A stretch of 64,000 bases of DNA from Sedimentisphaeraceae bacterium JB056. GTDB lineage: Bacteria > Planctomycetota > Phycisphaerae > Sedimentisphaerales > Sedimentisphaeraceae. The notes beneath the pieces were generated by a model. That model was given only the letters and a program-made list of their open reading frames with translations. It had not been told where the DNA came from and searched no databases. Of the stretch, positions 57,761 to 64,000 are shown one piece after another; position 1 is the stretch's first letter; every line of letters starts with the position of its first letter. The translations under genes and the position numbers were made by a program. The stretch spans positions 256,001 through 320,000 of the forward strand of contig JBITAJ010000015.1 of NCBI GenBank assembly GCA_044440125.1, given 5' to 3'.

Positions 57761-59707
57761 GTGAAACACTTTTTTGTTATATTTTTAATATTGTCATCGT
57801 TGGTATCTGCTTTGGCAGATAATACATTTGACAGACAGAATTCAGCGATGCTTTATCATTATAATTCACAGAAGTATCCTACGGGTGAACCTCGCGGCAA
57901 TGTGGTAAGGGCTTATTGCATATTTGCTCTTGCAGCAAGAGGCAGTGAGAATATAACTCAAACAGATATCAATGAGGCTAATGAATTGCTCGAACCGCTG
58001 TTTACTGCTTGGCCGGCAGCAGATGAGGGTAATGATCTTTACTGGATGCTGCCGCACCTTAGCAGGATATTAGCTGATGATACTTTGAGTATGTATTTGA
58101 CTGCTGCTGCGAAAGAATCGATAAAGAATATTCTCTATACCTTCGTGTATGATAAGGATGATGTCGGGTATGCTTCTACGGATGCCGCAAACATGTGGCT
58201 GGTAATTGACAGTGAGAACCACGATATTCTAAAAAAACAAGTTTACTTCACTGCATCTCAGATTTTTAAGAATAATCCGCAGTGGAGCTCTCTTACGTAT
58301 GCCGATGGCAAGACCGTGGCCGAACATTACACGGCATGGGAGAACTACTTTGAGAGCTATTTCAGGGAAAGAGCAAGGAAAGGTATTAACATTGAATTAG
58401 GTTCACCGACTTATGCCGGAGTGTTCTTAGAGTCGATATTCATAATTTACGACCTTGCAGAGAATGACACGCTTAAAAAAAGGGCAGGTCAATTTCTCAA
58501 TCTTTATTTTGCTGATCAGGCGATAACGGGCATTAACGGTATTCGCGGTGGTGCAAAGAGTCGTTGTTATAAGGGGGCACCATCTTATAATTACAGCAGC
58601 GATAAGGGGGCGTATTACTCGTGGATGCTTGCCGGAAAACCTTCGGCATTCAATAACGGTAATACTCCGTATGATATAGTGCCTTCTCTCAACAGTGATT
58701 TTCGCCTTCAGGACCAGACGCTTAGTCTTTATGATCATACACTGCGAGGAAGTTATGAATACATTACCGTCAGACCCGGTCGTGGTACTCATGTCAGTGA
58801 ACCCAGCTTGATGTATACACTTGAATTTCCTTCTATGATACGGTGGTATAGCTGGTGTGAGCCGCAATTCATATTAGGGTCGGTAACGATTGATGAGAGC
58901 AAAGCCTATACGCTTATCTCCGATCAGAATCGTTGGTATGGGCTTATTGCGGCAGACAGTTTTGACAGTCGTCTTTATTTTGCACCGGAGACAGATGATG
59001 AAAATCAGACATATAAAGATTATATTGCTGTGCAGAAAAAGGGCGCGATGCTTATACGTAAGCATAAAGATGCAGAGGACGTTGGCTTCAGGATGTATGT
59101 GTCGAACACTTTTACTACAAGTCAGGAATCGGGTTGGCTCTTTGGTTACAATTCAGACAGCAGTGTTTATTTTGCCCTTTATTCAACCGGCAGTGATTTC
59201 TGGGGGCAGAGATATGTGATTACAACTGCAACGGGAACATACGGCAAGTGGATTACTTTTACGCAATCTGACAGTATTGTTGTTCTTGAGGCAGCGGCTG
59301 CTGAGAATTTCTCTGATTTTGATGAATTCAAGTCTCAAATTAAACTTAATTCCAAAGGGTTTAATGGGACAAGGTATGATTATTCATCGCTTGCAGGAGA
59401 TGCTTTGAGTATTTTCACAGATACTACGTTGCCTGCGATAGATAACCAAGCTGTAGTTCTTGATCCAGATTTTACCTACAGTAGTCCGTTTTTGAATTCT
59501 GATAATGATTCGGATGTCATAACTGTAAATTCCGTTGATGGAAGTGAGCTTATTCTTGATTTTACCGAGCCGTTCATTCAGGATTTTCTTGCCGGTGATA
59601 TAAATCAAGATGGTTATGTCGACATTCTGGATATTGTATTTCTGGCATCTCAATGGCAGCAGTGTACCAATCCTGCTTTAGGAACTTGCATAGATTATCG
59701 CCCCTGA
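57761..59707 (+). CDS. Secreted heparinase II/III-like (putative polysaccharide lyase) protein with C-terminal dockerin-like motif
   Basis: Signal peptide; SENHD, KGINIELGSPTY, GIRGGAK, SDQNRW; C-terminal GDINQDGYVDILD. Confidence 0.6.
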   Translation: MKHFFVIFLILSSLVSALADNTFDRQNSAMLYHYNSQKYPTGEPRGNVVRAYCIFALAARGSENITQTDINEANELLEPLFTAWPAADEGNDLYWMLPHLSRILADDTLSMYLTAAAKESIKNILYTFVYDKDDVGYASTDAANMWLVIDSENHDILKKQVYFTASQIFKNNPQWSSLTYADGKTVAEHYTAWENYFESYFRERARKGINIELGSPTYAGVFLESIFIIYDLAENDTLKKRAGQFLNLYFADQAITGINGIRGGAKSRCYKGAPSYNYSSDKGAYYSWMLAGKPSAFNNGNTPYDIVPSLNSDFRLQDQTLSLYDHTLRGSYEYITVRPGRGTHVSEPSLMYTLEFPSMIRWYSWCEPQFILGSVTIDESKAYTLISDQNRWYGLIAADSFDSRLYFAPETDDENQTYKDYIAVQKKGAMLIRKHKDAEDVGFRMYVSNTFTTSQESGWLFGYNSDSSVYFALYSTGSDFWGQRYVITTATGTYGKWITFTQSDSIVVLEAAAAENFSDFDEFKSQIKLNSKGFNGTRYDYSSLAGDALSIFTDTTLPAIDNQAVVLDPDFTYSSPFLNSDNDSDVITVNSVDGSELILDFTEPFIQDFLAGDINQDGYVDILDIVFLASQWQQCTNPALGTCIDYRP

Positions 59708-59822
59708 CAATGTTGTAATCAAGGAATTTAGGGAAGTTTTGGGTTTTTAGTTGAATCTTTGATTGCTTTGTGTAATATCTGCGTCATATCATCTAATTTG
59801 ACATTTAAAGCAAACAAAGATT

Positions 59823-61001
59823 ATGAAAAAAAAATCCCGATTTGAAAAATATTACGTTTTTTTCCTGGCAATGATCGCGGCTATACCGGCCATGTCTACG
59901 GATATGTATGTGGCGGCAATGCCTCGGATTGCTGCTAAATGGCAGGTGCCTGAGAATCAGGTTGCCCTTTCTCTTGTACTCTGGTTTGTCAGCTTCAGCG
60001 TTTTTCTGCTGATATTAGGCCCATTGTCGGATAAATTCGGCAGAAAAAGGATACTGTGGGGCGGCCTTTTGATGTTCATCGTATCAACAGTTCTCTGTGC
60101 TTCGGCAACGAATGTGTTTCAACTTATAGTTTTCAGAATTATGCAGGGAGCTTCTGCTGCATCGCCTTCGTCAATGTGTATGGCGATTTGCAGGGATAAA
60201 TATGAAGGTGATCGCAGAAAACATATACTTGCCTACATAGGTATCATACTTTCAGTTATGCCTATGGTAGCTCCGATGATAGGTGCCATGTTGCTGCAGT
60301 ATATGAGTTGGCGTGCTATATTTGGAACACAGGCATTGCTTGCGATTATTGCGCTTTTAGTTTCACTGAATTACAAAGAGACATTAGCCGAACCGGTTAT
60401 GAGTGGTATTTTCAGGATATTCGGGCGATATGTGAACCTTGTTAAAAATACGAATTATATTATAGCTAACAAGGCTATGGGGTTATTGCTTGGTCCTTTT
60501 TACGGTTTCATATCTTTCTCACCATTAGTCTATATGAAGATATTCGGTCTTAGCCCTCGCCAGTTCAGTCTCCTGTTTGGACTTAATGCGTTGATGTCTA
60601 TGATAGGGGCTTTTACATGTACAAGGCTTACCAGATATGTCAGTGATATTAAACTATTGACGGCGTGTTTTATCGGGTGTCTTTTAGGCGGAATAGGTAT
60701 TTTGTCTTTTGGCCATCTTCACTATATGGCTTTTTCAATACCGATGTGTCTGTTTACATTTTGCTGCGGACTCAGCAGGCCTCTGAGCAACAATATAATA
60801 CTCGAGCAGGTCAATACCGATATTGGTTCTGCATCATCTTTCATTGTGTTCTATCAGTTTATAATCGGCGCGATTTGTATGGCTCTTGCTTCTTACTCAT
60901 GGTCAAGGCCTATTTTTGCTTTTGGTGTTCTTGCCACAGCAGTGCCGTTGTTTGTACTTGGGTGCTGGCCGTTTCTTGTGGTTCGCCTTAAGAGAGCATG
61001 A
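59823..61001 (+). CDS. Bcr/CflA-family MFS efflux transporter
   Basis: STDMYVAAMP, GPLSDKFGRK, FRIMQG, PMVAPMIG, SWRAIF; 12-TM pattern. Confidence 0.92.
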   Translation: MKKKSRFEKYYVFFLAMIAAIPAMSTDMYVAAMPRIAAKWQVPENQVALSLVLWFVSFSVFLLILGPLSDKFGRKRILWGGLLMFIVSTVLCASATNVFQLIVFRIMQGASAASPSSMCMAICRDKYEGDRRKHILAYIGIILSVMPMVAPMIGAMLLQYMSWRAIFGTQALLAIIALLVSLNYKETLAEPVMSGIFRIFGRYVNLVKNTNYIIANKAMGLLLGPFYGFISFSPLVYMKIFGLSPRQFSLLFGLNALMSMIGAFTCTRLTRYVSDIKLLTACFIGCLLGGIGILSFGHLHYMAFSIPMCLFTFCCGLSRPLSNNIILEQVNTDIGSASSFIVFYQFIIGAICMALASYSWSRPIFAFGVLATAVPLFVLGCWPFLVVRLKRA

Positions 61002-61059
61002 TACGGGTTTTAATGAGACGCGGTAAACCGGCGTCTCTACAAGATGAAAAATAATAGCT

Positions 61060-61098
61060 AAAAAAGCCGGCAAATTGTCTTAAGTTGCCGGCTTTTTT
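61060..61098. terminator. Bidirectional intrinsic terminator
   Basis: AAAAAAGCCGGCAA...TTGCCGGCTTTTTT between convergent genes. Confidence 0.85.
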
Positions 61099-61122
61099 AT
61101 ATAGTAATAAACTGTCTGATTT

Positions 61123-62121
61123 TTAGTCTTTTATTACTTTAAGGATTTCCTCAAAGCTTTCGCAGTAGTGGTTGCACAAGCCCAGTGTGCCGCCGTCAAT
61201 GATGTTGCCGTCCTTGATGCCGATTGCGCCGAATCCAGAGAGCCTGATTGATGAAATTCCCGCACTGCTGTCTTCTATGCCTATGACGTTGTGTCTGTCT
61301 TCAACTTCCAGACCGAGGCCTACTCTTGCTACTTCTGCGTAGAGCCATGGGTGTGGTTTGGGTGAGAGTTCACCGAGCGTGCCGCAACTGCCTTTTCTAA
61401 GCGGGAAGCCGGCAGTTATTATTGCATCATAGAAGTCGTCAGGCTTGCCCATGTTTAAAGTATGGAACGCTGATAGTATTTCAGGATACGCCTTTTCGTA
61501 GAGACCTGATGTTACGAGGCCAAGCTTAACGCCCATTCCTTTGAGTTCGAGCAAGAATTCCTTGATGCCAGGCGATGGAGTGAAAGCACCTTCTTTGCCG
61601 TGACCTTCCATGATTGCCTGCATTTCTCTGTGAGTATGCTCGAAGTAGAATGTACGAGCCTCTTCGACTGTTTTGTCGGGGCAGTACTTGTTTATGCAAT
61701 GCTTGAGGTGTTCGGATACGCTGTGGCCGGAAACGAACGGCAGGTCTGAATCCTCAAGTTCGAATTTTGGGTTGTCAAGCAGGCTTGCGGTTGTCTGCTC
61801 GATTATCCAGATCCAGAATTCTTCGCTGCGGACTGTTGTGCCGTCAAGATCCATTAGTACTGCCTTGATCGGCTTTTCGATTTTAACATCAGGTACAGGG
61901 TAGTAAGCAGGGTAGCCCATTGCACTTTTGACGAATGCTATGGTGTTTTTTTCGAAGCATATGAATTCTACTTTCATATCGCCTGTAGCGAGAATTTCGA
62001 CTACGCCATTTACGCCTTTTTTGTAAAAGCCGTCGCTGCATTGCTCGAGCTGAACAAATCCGCTGTTTTCCCTGATAATGCCTATGCCCGGGAATGTCTT
62101 ACCTGTTATACAATCTGACAC
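61123..62121 (-). CDS. HAD-superfamily phosphatase with ~80-aa N-terminal extension
   Basis: AVLMDLDGT, LVTSG, KPHPWLY, GIEDSSAGI; GTG start after AAGGA. Confidence 0.85.
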   Translation of the reverse strand: MSDCITGKTFPGIGIIRENSGFVQLEQCSDGFYKKGVNGVVEILATGDMKVEFICFEKNTIAFVKSAMGYPAYYPVPDVKIEKPIKAVLMDLDGTTVRSEEFWIWIIEQTTASLLDNPKFELEDSDLPFVSGHSVSEHLKHCINKYCPDKTVEEARTFYFEHTHREMQAIMEGHGKEGAFTPSPGIKEFLLELKGMGVKLGLVTSGLYEKAYPEILSAFHTLNMGKPDDFYDAIITAGFPLRKGSCGTLGELSPKPHPWLYAEVARVGLGLEVEDRHNVIGIEDSSAGISSIRLSGFGAIGIKDGNIIDGGTLGLCNHYCESFEEILKVIKD

Positions 62122-62227
62122 TATAATATTCCTTGAGATAAAATCGATTTAAGCAACTTTTCGTCCATTATCTAATGAACAAACGCATGGAATTATACAT
62201 ATTCTGCGTTTTTTTCAAGATAATTAA

Positions 62228-62875
62228 TTATAGAATAGCTTCTACTTTGTCTAATGCGTCTGCCAAATTTTCGGCTATCATATCGGCTTCGGAGAGTTCT
62301 TCGGCGGAGAATGAGGACGTTAGTCCAAGGCATATTGCTCCTGCTTTTTTGGCGGCGGTAACGCCTGTTACCGCATCTTCGACTACAATACATTCAGTTG
62401 CCGGCACGCCGATTCTCTCTGCAGCTAACAGGAATATATCCGGCGATGGTTTCTTGTGTTCTACATCTTCGCCGCAAATGACCGCTTCAAATTCACTTTG
62501 CTGCAGGCCGATTTCTTTGAGATTGCCGTCTACCTTGCGTTTATCTGCGCTTGATGCAACTGCCAGCTTGAGGTTTTTGCTTTTGCACATATCAATGAAA
62601 TCCCTGACACCTTCGAGCGGCTGGAGATTGCCTATGATTATATCAAGATATATATCGTAAGTACGTTTTTTGGCTTCTTTAATATCAAGGTCGATGCCGT
62701 ACTTCTCGGCTACGCCGCCGATGTAGCGGTCTTCGCCTGTGCCGACGAAATCAAGAAAGTCTTCAGGCTTTACTTTGCTGCCTTTTTCTTCGAACATTTT
62801 GCATGCCGCTTTGCAGATGAATTCCTCAGAGTCAACGAGGACTCCGTCCATATCGAAAATAATACCTTTTATCAT
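62228..62875 (-). CDS. HAD-superfamily hydrolase (subfamily IA, beta-PGM/hexitol-phosphatase-like)
   Basis: FDMDGVLVDSE, AVASS, KKPSPDIFL, VVEDAVTGV.AAKKAG. Confidence 0.9.
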   Translation of the reverse strand: MIKGIIFDMDGVLVDSEEFICKAACKMFEEKGSKVKPEDFLDFVGTGEDRYIGGVAEKYGIDLDIKEAKKRTYDIYLDIIIGNLQPLEGVRDFIDMCKSKNLKLAVASSADKRKVDGNLKEIGLQQSEFEAVICGEDVEHKKPSPDIFLLAAERIGVPATECIVVEDAVTGVTAAKKAGAICLGLTSSFSAEELSEADMIAENLADALDKVEAIL

Positions 62876-63001
62876 TTTTTAGGTTCCTTCCGTAGATTGT
62901 TAGTAAACAGATAATAATTTAGTCTTAAGGGGCGATTTTGCAAGTTAATTTCTTGAAAGGGCGTTTTTTAACGCGATGAGGCAATTAAGAGGTAGGTTTT
63001 T

Positions 63002-63047
63002 ATGGACAGTATGGACTAAATGGACTGAATGGACTTTTATGGACAGG
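63002..63047. repeat. Intergenic tandem repeat, 5 x ATGGAC-N3/4
   Basis: ATGGACAGT ATGGACTAA ATGGACTGA ATGGACTTTT ATGGACAGG. Confidence 0.8.
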
Positions 63048-63070
63048 TGATGTTTTGTTGAGTTGAAATG

Positions 63071-63103
63071 AAAAAAGCCCCTGCTTTTGCTGCAGAGGCT
63101 TTT
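63071..63103 (-). terminator. Intrinsic terminator after uxuA
   Basis: AAAAAAGCCCCTGC...GCAGAGGCTTTT imperfect hairpin with T-run on minus strand. Confidence 0.65.
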
Positions 63104-63108
63104 GTTGT

Positions 63109-63999
63109 TTATTTTTGGTTTTCGGCGTTTCTGTTTATTGCTTCCCAGAGACCGTTTAGGTACATTGCACCGAGTGCTCTGTCGTACAGTCCGTAGCCAG
63201 GGTGGCCTGTCTCTCCCCATATCATACGTCCGTGGTCCGGCCGCATTGGTCCGTCAAAGTCTATTTCGTGGTACGCCTTCATTATGTCGAACATGTCGAG
63301 GCTGCCGCAGTTAGTAGGGTGCGGGGCTTCGTGGAAAGATTTTCTGCTTACATGCTTTACGTTACGGCAATGAGCAAAGACGATCTTGCCTTTTGCTCCG
63401 AATTCACGGATGATAGCCGCTACATTGTTCTTCGGATCTGCTCCGAGTGAGCCGCTGCATAGAGAAATGCCGTTGGAAGGGCTGTTTACCATTTCAGTAA
63501 GTATTTTGAGGTCTTTTCTGTTTTTAACGATTCTCGGCAGACCAAATATCGGCCATGGCGGATCGTCCTGATGGATACCCATTTTGACGCCATGCTGCTC
63601 GGCGACAGGTATGACTCGTTTGAGGAAGTATTCAAGGTTTTCACGGAGTTTGTCTTCATTTATCTCTTTATATGCTTCGAGAAGGGCGTTGAGTTTTTTG
63701 GAGCTATAGGCCGCACCCCAACCGGGAAGGTCGTGTGTACCCTGAGTCAGGTCGATTTTTTTTATCTGGCGTTCGCTGTAGCTGAGACAGTTTGAGCCGT
63801 CTGGCAGTACCATGCGGAGGTCTGAGCGAGTCCAGTCGAATACCGGCATGAAGTTATAGCATACTACAGGTATTCCTACCTGACCGGCATTTTCAACGCT
63901 TGCACAGTAGTTATCTATAAGTTCATCCCTTGTATCAAGGCCGAGCTTTATATCTTCGTGTACCGGTATGCTTTCAATAGCGGCAAAGTTCAAGCCCTC
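63109..63999 (-). CDS. uxuA: Mannonate dehydratase (5'-truncated by window edge)
   Basis: [61 protein letters not shown]. Confidence 0.96.
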   Translation of the reverse strand, partial: EGLNFAAIESIPVHEDIKLGLDTRDELIDNYCASVENAGQVGIPVVCYNFMPVFDWTRSDLRMVLPDGSNCLSYSERQIKKIDLTQGTHDLPGWGAAYSSKKLNALLEAYKEINEDKLRENLEYFLKRVIPVAEQHGVKMGIHQDDPPWPIFGLPRIVKNRKDLKILTEMVNSPSNGISLCSGSLGADPKNNVAAIIREFGAKGKIVFAHCRNVKHVSRKSFHEAPHPTNCGSLDMFDIMKAYHEIDFDGPMRPDHGRMIWGETGHPGYGLYDRALGAMYLNGLWEAINRNAENQK

Positions 64000-64000
64000 G

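Noticed and set aside
47829..59707. tRNA-Gly as an integration site for the glycan locus
   Set aside because: The locus lies on the 5' side of the tRNA, no integrase is present, and I saw no duplicated tRNA 3' end.
63002..63047. Repeat array as a CRISPR
   Set aside because: 6-nt unit with 3-4 nt linkers; no spacer-length sequences and no cas genes in the window.

Overview
A bacterial chromosome window, roughly 42-44% GC by eye. The gene styles (HYExAFE protein, pilin-like H-X9-DG protein, LamG/dockerin-like secreted proteins, murD, lipid A acyltransferase) suggest a Planctomycetota/Phycisphaerae (Sedimentisphaerales-like) organism; this is an inference. Positions ~1-33 kb are mostly housekeeping: ilvD, proA, prmC, tRNA-Leu(TAG), xseB, cobO, murD, pyrF, ruvB, tsaE, thiL, argH, cysS, dxs, ispA, miaA, a complete F1Fo ATP synthase operon and accA. 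Two accessory systems stand out. (1) At 34.8-39.5 kb, a tightly coupled operon encodes a minimal T2SS/T4P-type secretin, a lipoprotein periplasmic adaptor with a very long coiled coil, and a split MacB-type ABC transporter, with no TolC and no other T2SS/T4P genes. It is a candidate tripartite exporter that uses a secretin as its outer-membrane channel. (2) At 48.6-59.7 kb, a SusC/D-free polysaccharide-utilisation-like locus encodes three paralogous secreted lyase-like proteins, a GntR/LacI-type regulator with a visible palindromic operator (ACAATCA-N2-TGATTGT), a pilin-like protein, LamG and CBM9/DOMON proteins, and single-loop dockerin-like C-termini. Also seen: tRNA-Gly(GCC), an orphan B12-binding radical SAM gene, and an RCCGGY core in most intergenic terminator stems. 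No CRISPR array, rRNA, transposase or integrase was recognised.
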